Positions 36,915 to 45,913 of a DNA stretch of 64,000 bases are shown one piece after another. The DNA comes from an uncultured Gammaproteobacteria bacterium (lineage in GTDB: Bacteria > Patescibacteriota > Patescibacteriia > UBA9934). The DNA lies in assembly GCA_964355955.1 (NCBI GenBank), contig CAYHFQ010000001.1:103419-167418 (forward strand), given 5' to 3'. Below the pieces are notes generated by a model, which searched no databases, was not told where the DNA came from, and saw only the letters and a list, made by a program, of their open reading frames with translations. Position 1 is the stretch's first letter. The number at the start of each line of letters is the position of its first letter. A program made the translations under genes and the position numbers.

Positions 36915-37481
36915 TTATTCAGTTAGTTTAAGGAATTCTTGGAGGATAATTGGGGCTTTAATGAAACCGTCATCGGCAGTAATATGACCGGCATTGGGGA
37001 GAATAAGGATGTTGGCGGAGAGAGCACTAAATTTTTCTTTGTTTTCTGCTAGTGCGTCGAATGGGTCATTGTCTGATAAAATAGCCGTTGATTTTTTTAG
37101 GACAGATTTTACTTTAGGTAGGTTGATTGGTGTAGTAATCCAAGGATTAGCAGTGGTGATAGTCTCGGCATCCTCAAGATTTTCTAAATTAAACCAACCG
37201 GCAACGAATAAGGCCCCGCCCACCGGAACATTGATTGTTTCTAGATAACGGAGAATGGTTTGGCAGCCTATACTGTGACCTATAAAATAAGTTTGGTTGT
37301 CTGGTGTGCCAACTGAACTGGCTAGATGCTGTACCCAGTTATTGATAGTTGGTGTTTCGGTATCGGGCATGGTTAGTAGATAGACTTGATAACCTCGTTG
37401 TTCGAGTTCAGTTTTGAGCCAGGGTCGCCAGTCGTCGTTCGGTCCTCCGCTCCAACGATGAATAATGAATACACGAGTCAT
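36915..37481 (-). CDS. Serine hydrolase family protein (YdeN/RBBP9-like alpha/beta hydrolase)
   Basis: MTRVFIIHRWSGGPNDDWRPWLK...YFIGHSIGCQTIL, with a nucleophile elbow GHSIG. Confidence 0.7.
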   Translation of the reverse strand: MTRVFIIHRWSGGPNDDWRPWLKTELEQRGYQVYLLTMPDTETPTINNWVQHLASSVGTPDNQTYFIGHSIGCQTILRYLETINVPVGGALFVAGWFNLENLEDAETITTANPWITTPINLPKVKSVLKKSTAILSDNDPFDALAENKEKFSALSANILILPNAGHITADDGFIKAPIILQEFLKLTE

Positions 37482-37504
37482 ATTAATTAATATTATACAT
37501 ATCT

Positions 37505-37855
37505 CTAAAAAATAATCGGTTTTCGCTCGATGCCGATGGTTTCGATAGTTCTTAGTGAAGATTTATTATCTGTTGTGTAATAAACTGTTATGAGGCGGCC
37601 CCAAACATAAAATGTTAGTTCGTGCCATTGCTTGTTTTCTTTTCGACCTAAAACTAATTTATCGCTTAAATGTTTTTCAATTTCTAAAAAAATCTGCTCG
37701 CTAAGTTTTTTGGCTGATTGACGATAGTTTTCGATGATTGTTTCCTCAGCCGCCAACCCGCTGTCTCGATAGAGTTCAAAAAAGGCTTCTTCGTAGGCAC
37801 GAATGAAGCCGGTAATTGCGGAAACTGCGGATTCGCTATAAGCAATTTTAAGCAT
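37505..37855 (-). CDS. ParE/RelE-like type II toxin (putative)
   Basis: 116 aa. C-terminal YVWGRLITVYYTTDNKSSLRTIETIG resembles the ParE/RelE beta-sheet core. Its start overlaps the stop of a small upstream ORF (ATGCTTAA overlap). Confidence 0.45.
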   Translation of the reverse strand: MLKIAYSESAVSAITGFIRAYEEAFFELYRDSGLAAEETIIENYRQSAKKLSEQIFLEIEKHLSDKLVLGRKENKQWHELTFYVWGRLITVYYTTDNKSSLRTIETIGIERKPIIF

Positions 37856-38000
37856 ACAACCGCGCTTTAGTTGTTTGCTTTTTTTGGGTTGAGTAAGCTT
37901 TTTTTAGCTTTTGAGCTAAGCGGATGGCAGATTCGTCAATATAGTCAGAGATTATCTGACGAGCTTCGGTTGGGCTATATTGTTTATTTTTGGAGGTCAT
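37848..38000 (-). CDS. Putative antitoxin (50 aa) of the ParE/RelE-like pair
   Basis: Manual translation MTSKNKQYSPTEARQIISDYIDESAIRLAQKLKKAYSTQKKQTTKARLYA. Its stop overlaps the toxin start by 8 nt. Not in the ORF track because it is under 60 aa. Confidence 0.4.
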   Translation of the reverse strand: MTSKNKQYSPTEARQIISDYIDESAIRLAQKLKKAYSTQKKQTTKARLYA

Positions 38001-38047
38001 ACTTTGTTTGAAGAATAGTCGTTTATAGCTGAATCGTCAAAGTTAAT

Positions 38048-38818
38048 TTAAAATTGATCTATCCATTGTTTAGTAGCCTTGAACAGTTCGAGTCGAACTT
38101 TTGAAGAGTCAGCGAAATGGTGAGTAGCACCTTTAATGATAGTGAGTTTTTTAGGAGAGTTGGCGGTCGCGAAGTAGGTTTTGGCGCCTTTGACGAGAAT
38201 ACCTTTGCCGGCGGCAATAATACTAAGAGGTTTCTTAAAATTAGTGGCTAGTTTATCCCAAGGCAGATTGTCGACTTCCTCGGCCATGACTTTATTGATA
38301 ATGACATTTGGCCCCCAATGCATGAGATAGCCGTTTAATTCTTTAATAAATTTACCACCAGGATAGCCGTATTTTTCTTTGGCGAAAGAGATGTCATAAG
38401 AACCATCCCAAAGAATAGCAGTGTCAAAATTTTGTTTAGGAGAAGTCAGAATAGTCGGAGCACCGAAACTGTGCCCAGCGACATAGATTTTTTTGACTTT
38501 GTGTTGGCGAAAATAATTAACGACAGTGTCGAGATCCGCAGCATGGCTGGTGAGTGTGCTGTCGATTAATTGGCGAGCGTCAGCTTGATAGCTGTAGAGA
38601 TTAAAACGATAGACGGCGTAGCCTTGCTTCTCAAACCAGTTAGCGGCTTCGAGATAAAGACTTTCTTCGATGTTGCAGGGCAAGCCGTGAATGATGATCA
38701 GAAGAGGCTGGGTAAGGGAGCCGCTAAAACGGCCGTAAACAACATGCTTGGCGTCGACCTGAATGTTGAGATCTTTATTCATATTGTTTAAGAGTAGCAG
38801 ATTTGACTGAGAGCTCAA
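38048..38818 (-). CDS. Alpha/beta hydrolase (dienelactone-hydrolase-like)
   Basis: Nucleophile elbow YVAGHSFGA. About 250 aa alpha/beta fold pattern. Confidence 0.65.
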   Translation of the reverse strand: MSSQSNLLLLNNMNKDLNIQVDAKHVVYGRFSGSLTQPLLIIIHGLPCNIEESLYLEAANWFEKQGYAVYRFNLYSYQADARQLIDSTLTSHAADLDTVVNYFRQHKVKKIYVAGHSFGAPTILTSPKQNFDTAILWDGSYDISFAKEKYGYPGGKFIKELNGYLMHWGPNVIINKVMAEEVDNLPWDKLATNFKKPLSIIAAGKGILVKGAKTYFATANSPKKLTIIKGATHHFADSSKVRLELFKATKQWIDQF

Positions 38819-38918
38819 ATAGGCTTGGTTAGAGGTTAGAAGATTGACTAAAAGGTGATTTTGGGGTAGGTTAGTCTCTTGCTTGGAATGAATTCAAGCA
38901 AGCCACCAGGAGTCTGTT

Positions 38919-39227
38919 ATGAGTTTGAAAAGTGTTGTTTTTGGTTGGATCAATGAGCTGTTGCACAACGAGAAGGCTGTGCAGGAAGTGCTGCGCATCC
39001 TCAGCGTAGCCAGGTTGCCGATGTTCGGTAAGGAAATCCTGACTCGGTGCAAGCCTGAGTTCGGCGTCACGGCAATTTACCCTGCACTACGGTACATGGA
39101 GGGCGAAGGGCTGGTGATCTGTCAGGAGATTTCGTCTCCGAGGATCCTTGCTCTCCGCGGCGGACGAGTTCGTCACTACTACAAAATTACTGATCTCGGA
39201 CGAGCCCGGTTCGTCGGGACGAAGTAG
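38919..39227 (+). CDS. PadR-family transcriptional regulator
   Basis: IYPALRYMEGEGLVICQE...RVRHYYKITDLGRARF matches the PadR wHTH signature. Confidence 0.7.
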   Translation: MSLKSVVFGWINELLHNEKAVQEVLRILSVARLPMFGKEILTRCKPEFGVTAIYPALRYMEGEGLVICQEISSPRILALRGGRVRHYYKITDLGRARFVGTK

Positions 39228-39244
39228 ATCTTCTCGGCCCCAGG

Positions 39245-39300
39245 CCGAACGACAAGCTCCCGCTCGTGAGCGGACTGTGTCGTTCGCGGCGTGGGGTTTG
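39245..39300. terminator. Bidirectional terminator hairpin between convergent genes
   Basis: CGAACGACAAGCTCCCGCTCGTGAGCGGACTGTGTCGTTCG inverted repeat. Confidence 0.5.
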
Positions 39301-39307
39301 TTGTTTA

Positions 39308-40264
39308 TTAAGCGTTAGGACAGAGAATAGTGAGAAGTAAGGCCATGCGGATGTAGAGGCCGTTGCGGGTTTGTTCGGGGAAGTAGCGGGCGCGGGGGTC
39401 GGCGTCGACCTCAGGAGCGATTTCGCCAACACGGGGGAGAGGATGGAGGATGATGGCGCTTAGTTTCATGGTGGCGACGTTCCTGGCATTGAGGGCAAAA
39501 CGGGCTTGGACGGCATTGAAAGCAGAGTCGCCTTGAGTGGCGTCGGTGAAACGTTCACGTTGGACACGAGTTTGGTAGAAGACGTCGGCGATGAGGAGAG
39601 TTTGAGTGAGATCTTCGGTAATGGTGTAGGGGATGTTGGCGGCTGTGAGTTCATCTAGAATGTCGGCCTGCATGGCGAGTTCTGGTGGTGAGCAGAAGAT
39701 GAAGTTCCAGTGTTCCTGACTGTCGGTTAAGTATTTGATGATGAGGCGACAGAGGGAACGGACGGTGCGGCCGTGTTTGAGGTCGCCGCAGAGAGCGATA
39801 GTGAGGTTGGGGTTGGCCGGAAAAGAACAGCAGATGGTGTAGAGATCAAGGAGGGCTTGGGTGGGGTGTTCGCCGTCACCGTCACCGGCGTTGATGATGG
39901 GAATATTAGCGACACGGGCTGCGGCTGCAGCAGCACCACGTTCCTTGTGACGGATGACGAGGGCGTCGATTTCGTAAGATTGGAGAACTTGGATGGTGTC
40001 TTCGAGCGTTTCACCTTTGGCGGCGGAGGAGAAGATGCCAGCGGCTTCCGTGAATTCGGTGCGGCCACCTAAATAGCGAACGGCGAGGCCAAAACTGGTG
40101 CGAGTACGAGTGCTTGGTTCGTAGAAGAGGAGGTAGACCAATTTACCGTGGAGGTAATTGAGGACGCCATGATCGCGGCGTTCTTGTTTGAGGCGGTCGG
40201 CGGTGGCGAAGAGGCTTTGAATGGTGGTGCGGTCAAATTGGGAGGCGGAGAGAATATGTTGCAT
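39308..40264 (-). CDS. pyrB: Aspartate carbamoyltransferase catalytic subunit
   Basis: STRTR motif (YEPSTRTRTSFGLA) and HPLP motif (ILHPLPRVGEI), which is diagnostic of ATCase rather than OTCase (HCLP). Confidence 0.85.
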   Translation of the reverse strand: MQHILSASQFDRTTIQSLFATADRLKQERRDHGVLNYLHGKLVYLLFYEPSTRTRTSFGLAVRYLGGRTEFTEAAGIFSSAAKGETLEDTIQVLQSYEIDALVIRHKERGAAAAAARVANIPIINAGDGDGEHPTQALLDLYTICCSFPANPNLTIALCGDLKHGRTVRSLCRLIIKYLTDSQEHWNFIFCSPPELAMQADILDELTAANIPYTITEDLTQTLLIADVFYQTRVQRERFTDATQGDSAFNAVQARFALNARNVATMKLSAIILHPLPRVGEIAPEVDADPRARYFPEQTRNGLYIRMALLLTILCPNA

Positions 40265-40374
40265 AAAAAAACGGAACGCAGAGAGCGTTCCGTGGTTAGG
40301 TTAAATATTTGAGGATAATTGGTGCATAGGTTGGTGCGGGTAGTATAGCATGAAGTTGGATTTGGCGTTGTTGT

Positions 40375-40995
40375 TTATTCGATGATGAGGACTTCGTCGT
40401 CGCGGAGGGTTTTGTAAGGGAGATTGTGTTGCTGGCAGTACTCGACTTCTTGGGCGATGGCGGGAGATTCTGGGTGATCTGAGTCCCAGTGCGGGAGGAA
40501 TATGTAGCCGATGAGGTTGAGACCAGTCCAGATGACTGCGGGGAGTTCGGGGTAGGGAGTTTCAGTGGCGTCGTCGACAATTTGGTAGGCGTCGAGATTC
40601 GGGGAGAGCACGCAACCGGCGGCGCTATAGCCAGCGTAAAGAAAATTGTCGGGAAGGAGAGATTGTGTGAGAATGATGTCGAGTCCACTGAGCTTCATGG
40701 CTTGGCGTAGAATGAAGACGTTGCCGCCGCTGACAAAGATAGCGCCGACTTCGTTTAGTTTGGCTTGAAGGCCGGCCTGTTGGCCAAAATAATCGTGCAG
40801 ATCCAGAGTCTCTACAGTTAAGCCTAGCTCGAGCAGTGAGTCGAGATCTTTTTGGACGTGAGCGTCACGGCGAGCCTGATCGACGTTAGTGAAATCGAGA
40901 GCGTTCGGGATATAGGCAATGCGATCATGAGGAATGAGGGTTTTTAATTTGGCGGTTTGGTCGCCGAGGCGAAAGGAGGAGAGATAGAATTTCAT
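40375..40995 (-). CDS. Peptidase S51 (dipeptidase E / cyanophycinase-like)
   Basis: FVSGGNVFILRQAM motif and ~200 aa size, typical of PepE-family serine peptidases. Confidence 0.7.
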   Translation of the reverse strand: MKFYLSSFRLGDQTAKLKTLIPHDRIAYIPNALDFTNVDQARRDAHVQKDLDSLLELGLTVETLDLHDYFGQQAGLQAKLNEVGAIFVSGGNVFILRQAMKLSGLDIILTQSLLPDNFLYAGYSAAGCVLSPNLDAYQIVDDATETPYPELPAVIWTGLNLIGYIFLPHWDSDHPESPAIAQEVEYCQQHNLPYKTLRDDEVLIIE

Positions 40996-41045
40996 ACCTT
41001 GGTGTAGTGTGGTAAAATAAGGGAACTGATGCTTTAAGTTGTAGT

Positions 41046-41924
41046 ATGCCTAATAATAAACCAGGTGAACAGGCAGGCCAGGGGGAGGTGCAAAAGGTTG
41101 AGGTGGTTGATAATAGAGTCGAAAAGGCTGCGTTAGCGCAAGTGGCGGAGCAGGAACAAGAGGTTAGAGTTGAGACTTTGGCGCAGGCTTTGGAACGAGG
41201 TAGGGGATACATGGAGGACATGGTGGCCGAAAGAAATGAGTTTAAAAGGCCGTATCGTGAAAGTTTACAGGAACGGGCGGAGAAGTTGGGAGAAGTTGAG
41301 ACTTTGCGGGAGTTGCAGAGGCAGGTGGAGGATTTGCGCGCTTTGTTATTGGCACGAACTGGGCCTAATCCGATGCCAGAGCAGATTGCCTGGGCACAGG
41401 GCGAGGCGCGTGAAGGACTTTTAAGGTTGGCGTATGGCGCGCGAGCTTTTACAAGACATCACCGCGTACCGCCGTTCAGAGTTGGTGGGGCGATGTTGGC
41501 TTTGCGACGAGTAAGTGAGGAAGATAGTAATCCATATGCTATAGCTTTTGCTGCTAATACAAAAGTGGATGATAATCATGACGCGACTCCAGCGGGTGAG
41601 AAGTGGTGCGCCGAGCAGTATTTAATGGATTTAGTTGCGGAGCCAACCAATCCTGGTGAAACTGGTATTTATAAGATTCTTTCTTTTGGAGTAGTGGCTG
41701 AACCGAGAAGCGATGACAAGAGTGGTAAGTTGCATGAGACATTAACTCCTTGTGCTATTTGTCGAGATAGAATGGTGTATGACCCAAAGCTAACTGGGCC
41801 AGCGGGAATCGTTTCACTGGAGACGGAGATTGTGACGCAGAGCGTGAAGGATCCGGCTGCGAAGAGAATTGACCCGGTGGCGCATTTGCATGGGATGCAT
41901 GGGGAGAGTATTGAGGTGGATTAG
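41046..41924 (+). CDS. Cytidine-deaminase-fold protein with ~120 aa coiled-coil N-terminal extension
   Basis: C-terminal part matches tetrameric CDA: FRVGGAMLA (compare FQVGAALL), zinc ligand motifs CAE (WCAEQYLMD) and PCxxC (TPCAICRD). The N-terminal 120 aa are Glu/Arg/Ala-rich helical with no CDA counterpart. Confidence 0.65.
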   Translation: MPNNKPGEQAGQGEVQKVEVVDNRVEKAALAQVAEQEQEVRVETLAQALERGRGYMEDMVAERNEFKRPYRESLQERAEKLGEVETLRELQRQVEDLRALLLARTGPNPMPEQIAWAQGEAREGLLRLAYGARAFTRHHRVPPFRVGGAMLALRRVSEEDSNPYAIAFAANTKVDDNHDATPAGEKWCAEQYLMDLVAEPTNPGETGIYKILSFGVVAEPRSDDKSGKLHETLTPCAICRDRMVYDPKLTGPAGIVSLETEIVTQSVKDPAAKRIDPVAHLHGMHGESIEVD

Positions 41925-41953
41925 TGGGTTTTTCACAAAAGTCTATTTTATTT

Positions 41954-43210
41954 ATGAAATCAGTTACTATATGTCCGATGCCACAGTCGCATAGTCGGCT
42001 ACATGAGGCCCATCGTTTTTGGCATGAGGCGGAAAGGGCATATCAAGATCCAATCGAATTCACAGCAAAGCTGAACGCATTGTTACAAGCGTTGCGGAAC
42101 GTGACATTTGTCATGCAAAAAGAACTTTCGAAAGACGAAAATTTCGATCAGTGGTATAGGGAAAAACAGGTTAAGATGAGGACTCTAGACTACATGAAAT
42201 GGGCTGTAGATGCCCGTAATTATATCGTAAAACAGGGTGACTTGGAGAAAAGGAGTTTTGCTATGGTGTCTTTGCTCACGTACGCAGATAACCTTGTCGT
42301 CAAAGAAGAGGTTTCGCCTTTTTTAGGATTACCGACATTGTCCGCAATATACGCAAAGCGTATTCAGAATCAAGATCCACGCTGGGATGTTGTGCTGGAA
42401 GTTGAACGAAGCTGGATGATTACAGCCTTTCCTGAAAGAGAAGTTTTGCTAGTACTACAGGACGTATTTCAAGTCCTTCATGAGATGCTTTCCGAATGGC
42501 ACACACGACACGAAGTCGTTATTAATACTTGTTCTGTTTCTAATACCGTCGATTCTCAGGAAAAATGTACTATGGGGTCGGATGAGTATCGTACCATTCG
42601 CTCCTCTTTAAATGAGGGTGGAATACTGACGGTTCAATCTCATATCATTAAGATTGATGACAAAATTAGGAAAATTGCTCATGAGAGATATCAGATCAAA
42701 AATAACTTGCTTGAAAATGGTGAAGTATCGCCTGAGTGGGAGGATGAACCATGGATAAGCGTTAATCACTTCATGCAATTAGCAAAGAAGATTCTTCAAA
42801 AAGATAAGTACCATCATCCGCACTTTTTCCTCTTTAGTTGTGGTATTTTAAGGGAAATTATTCCTGTTACTTATCACAACCGTCCTGAGAAATATTTAGT
42901 TATTAGGCATATGGCTAAGTATGTGAAGGAAAAAAATATTGATGGGATTATTTTCATTACTGAAAGTTGGACATCAGTGTCTGAACCAGATAAGTATGGA
43001 AATATTACCCCGCCGTCGGATGCAAAGGAAAAAGAAGAACTCCTCACGGTTTATATTGCGACTGCAGATGGACGAGCACGATCATATAGTATTACTTTTG
43101 CAAGAAACTGGACTGGCAAGATTCGATTTGGTGAAGTGACGTGTTCCGATATTCCCCAAAATTCTTTTATGGCACTTTTTTTTAAGGCCTGGGAAGTTAA
43201 ATCCTCTTAA
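41954..43210 (+). CDS. Hypothetical protein (~420 aa), operonic with the deaminase-fold gene
   Basis: Long ORF, lower GC (~42-45%). The track start at GTG 41924 directly abuts the upstream stop. ATG 41954 gives MKSVTICPMPQ. No domain recognised. Confidence 0.55.
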   Translation: MKSVTICPMPQSHSRLHEAHRFWHEAERAYQDPIEFTAKLNALLQALRNVTFVMQKELSKDENFDQWYREKQVKMRTLDYMKWAVDARNYIVKQGDLEKRSFAMVSLLTYADNLVVKEEVSPFLGLPTLSAIYAKRIQNQDPRWDVVLEVERSWMITAFPEREVLLVLQDVFQVLHEMLSEWHTRHEVVINTCSVSNTVDSQEKCTMGSDEYRTIRSSLNEGGILTVQSHIIKIDDKIRKIAHERYQIKNNLLENGEVSPEWEDEPWISVNHFMQLAKKILQKDKYHHPHFFLFSCGILREIIPVTYHNRPEKYLVIRHMAKYVKEKNIDGIIFITESWTSVSEPDKYGNITPPSDAKEKEELLTVYIATADGRARSYSITFARNWTGKIRFGEVTCSDIPQNSFMALFFKAWEVKSS

Positions 43211-43595
43211 CTTTAATAGTTATGAAGCAATATAGCCTAGTAAAGGTTTGTTCTATTATGTGAGGTGCCTAACCTGCACCTGAAATGCATGGGTTCACAT
43301 ATACGAAATAATCCTGGTGGAGGAAAGGGGATTGCTCGCACTTTTCGGATCGTCGTCGCTTATCGAGGGCTAGGTATGAAAACTAAGCTTGAAAACGAGA
43401 TTAAGTATTTCAGTCTTTTAACGAATAGCCCTCGTTGGACCCCATGGTACTGCAGGATGCCGATGAGGTAGTGTGAACATTCGAGCGTACGTCAAATATT
43501 TATCACAGCAGGGGAGCATTTTGGATAAGCGTGAGCTGCTTGGTAATTTGCTCAGCAGGCTGATATACTTCAATAAATAGATTAATTTCTCCAAA

Positions 43596-44243
43596 ATGAG
43601 TTTAATTATGCAGAATCTGCAAAAAATTAAAGGATATCTGATAAAGTCGGTAATCCTTGCTGTTATAATCATTTATGTCTTTCATTACTTTACAACTACA
43701 GTAGACGAAACTGGATTTTTGGGCATGAATACAAATGGAAGACAAATTTTTATTCAGTCGATGGATCACTACATGAAAACAATGGATAGTAGCGTGACGG
43801 TGAGTTCCGAATGGGATAACTATTCTCTTCTGGAAAGGCTGTGGCAAGAACCAATGCGAACGACTTTGAAAATGGATAAAGCCATGAGTGAAGATGATTA
43901 TTTACAGTTTCAGATTGCAGGAGGGTTTTCGGAAACTACTCGCTCTAAAGATGTAGAGACTAGTCTTGAAACACCGTATGTAGATTTCGTGCGTAATTTA
44001 TCTGAAATCAGCTTGTCCGAAGACTATTCGGTGTCCTCCGAGGAGCTGGAAACGATCGCTAATGAAGCTGGCGTAGTGACATACCGTGACTTATTGCGTG
44101 GGTTCGGATTTACTTCATATGAGTATTATGTGAATGGCGAGTTGATAAGCTCAATAATTTTAAATCCGCAGATTACGAATCACGTTCAAGGAAATTTTAT
44201 ATCGAAAGTTGGTAGTACCGAGAATCAGTCAGTAGCAGAGTAA
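43596..44243 (+). CDS. Hypothetical membrane-anchored protein (215 aa), AT-rich
   Basis: N-terminal TM helix YLIKSVILAVIIIYVFHYF. Remainder soluble. About 38% GC. Confidence 0.5.
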   Translation: MSLIMQNLQKIKGYLIKSVILAVIIIYVFHYFTTTVDETGFLGMNTNGRQIFIQSMDHYMKTMDSSVTVSSEWDNYSLLERLWQEPMRTTLKMDKAMSEDDYLQFQIAGGFSETTRSKDVETSLETPYVDFVRNLSEISLSEDYSVSSEELETIANEAGVVTYRDLLRGFGFTSYEYYVNGELISSIILNPQITNHVQGNFISKVGSTENQSVAE

Positions 44244-44359
44244 CCCTAACAAAGAATTATTTTATTTGAGACAAGGTCCTACGAATCCCCACGCAAGCTA
44301 AATTGTTGGCTTGCCCTCCCTCCGCAATCAAAAATATCCAGACAAGGTCTGGATATTTT

Positions 44360-44448
44360 TGGCGGAAGGGGAGAGATTCGAACTCTCGAAGCCTTGCGGC
44401 TTACGCGATTTCGAGTCGCGCGCACTAGACCAGCTATGCGACCCTTCC
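44360..44448 (-). tRNA. tRNA-Ser (CGA)
   Basis: Minus-strand GGAAGGGTCGCATAGCTGGTCTAGTGCGCGCGACTCGAAATCGCG...GGCTTCGAGAGTTCGAATCTCTCCCCTTCCGCCA: long variable arm (type II), anticodon loop CTCGAAA, encoded CCA. Confidence 0.85.
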
Positions 44449-44558
44449 GTGCTCGCTTACCCGGCGGTCTTCCGCGCGGGTTCGTAAAAATGTAACTCAC
44501 CCTTGCTCTCGACGCGCCGGCCGCTCGCCTCGCCTGCGCTGCGCTTGGCGGGGGCTCG
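44449..44558. repeat. Family B repeat, copy 1 (abuts 5' end of tRNA-Ser)
   Basis: About 80% identical over ~105 bp to 63827-63936 (TTACCCGGCGGTCTTCCGCGCGGGTTCGTAA...CTCACCCTTGCTC.CGAC.CGC.GGCC...GGCGGGGGCTCG). Confidence 0.65.
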
Positions 44559-44624
44559 TAATGAAATTAGTGGCTCGTGAGTGAGGGGATAATAGCCAAG
44601 AAAGGGGAGAATGGCAAGTTAAGA

Positions 44625-45890
44625 TTAGGCCAGCTTCTGTTGGTTATTGAGGTAAATAGTGGCGGACAGGAGGAGGGCGGTGAGCATAGCCAGGTCATTT
44701 TTGAAGAAGGGGACGTCAACGAGGCCGTGGATAAGGATGGTGAAAAAGGCTGCGAGGAGAGCTAAGCTCATGGGGTTGGTACGATGGTGATAGAGGGTTT
44801 TTAGGGTGAGGTAAGAAATGATGAGGAAGGCGAGGAGGCCGGGGAGGCCGAGTTCGACCCAGATGTTTAGGAAAATGTTGTGAGGGTACTGGAAGATTTC
44901 GAAGTAGGTGGCGTCGTGATAGGGGGTGATGACGCTTGGGAAGCCGGAGAGGCCGGCGCCCTGGAGGGGGTGATCGCGGAGCATCGATAACGTCTCGTGC
45001 CACATTTGGGTGCGAGCGGTGCCGCTGACGTCGTGGAGGAAGATTTTTTCTTTAATTAAGGGGATAGAGAGAGCGCCGATAAGGGCGAGGAGGGCGAGGG
45101 CCGTGCTGACGAATTTTGTGGTGCGAGAGGCTTTAGAGAAGAGAAGAGTGATAAAGAGGGCGGCGGGAATGGCGATGAGGGCGGCTTCGGTTTTAGCGAG
45201 GATGATGGTGAGTGCAATTACTGTGATTGAGGCTGCTAGAGCCAGTTTGTGCTTTGCATTAAGGCCCCCTCCTAACTCCCCCATGGCTGGAGGAGGGTTT
45301 ACGAGTACGACGATGAGTATGGCTAAAATGGGGGCGAGGAAGAGGCCAACGGCGTTTGGAAAGTCGAATATAGATGTTACGCGATGTTCGGCGAGCCAAG
45401 CGAGAGGGAAGCCGAGACCGGTGAGGTATTGGGCCAGACCGAGAAGAGCAACGATGACCGCGCTGCCAGCTAGGGCGATAAAAGCAGACGTCCAGTCGGC
45501 GGGTTTTTTAAAGGTCGATAAGGTTAGAATGAGGATGACGGCTGGCTCGAGGTAATAGGCTTTGAGGATGCCGAGGGCAGTGAAGACGTCAGGGGCGTGA
45601 GCGGCTGCGAAGAAAGCACAGGCGAGGAAAAAGAGAAGGGCTAAGCGCCAACCCTTAGAGTTGGGTAACGCTAAGTGTTGATTATGAAGAAAATGTTTCT
45701 GAACGAGCCAGATGGTGAGGAGGATGAGAGTGAGGATTTCCAAGGCTGTTGTTGGGAGAGGGCCGAGGGAGAAGCGGAGGAGATAGGTGGGGAGGAGGCC
45801 GCAGAATAGTATTAAGCCTAGGCGGAAGTTGGGCCAGGCGAGAATGGCGAAGGAGGTGAAGAGGATGAGGAGAAAAGCGGCGTAGAGCAT
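44625..45890 (-). CDS. O-antigen ligase-like (Wzy_C family) polytopic membrane protein
   Basis: More than ten predicted TM helices with a large periplasmic loop. Likely start ATG 45888-45890 (the track uses TTG 45908). Contains the in-frame palindromic insertion PPPAMGELGGGL. Confidence 0.65.
   Translation of the reverse strand: MLYAAFLLILFTSFAILAWPNFRLGLILFCGLLPTYLLRFSLGPLPTTALEILTLILLTIWLVQKHFLHNQHLALPNSKGWRLALLFFLACAFFAAAHAPDVFTALGILKAYYLEPAVILILTLSTFKKPADWTSAFIALAGSAVIVALLGLAQYLTGLGFPLAWLAEHRVTSIFDFPNAVGLFLAPILAILIVVLVNPPPAMGELGGGLNAKHKLALAASITVIALTIILAKTEAALIAIPAALFITLLFSKASRTTKFVSTALALLALIGALSIPLIKEKIFLHDVSGTARTQMWHETLSMLRDHPLQGAGLSGFPSVITPYHDATYFEIFQYPHNIFLNIWVELGLPGLLAFLIISYLTLKTLYHHRTNPMSLALLAAFFTILIHGLVDVPFFKNDLAMLTALLLSATIYLNNQQKLA
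45264..45297. repeat. Palindromic element inserted in frame in the O-antigen-ligase-like gene
   Basis: GCCCCCTCCTAACTCCCCCATGGCTGGAGGAGGG. Read on the minus strand as PPPAMGELGGG. Confidence 0.75.
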
Positions 45891-45913
45891 AGTGTTTATA
45901 TAGGTCAAGTTTT

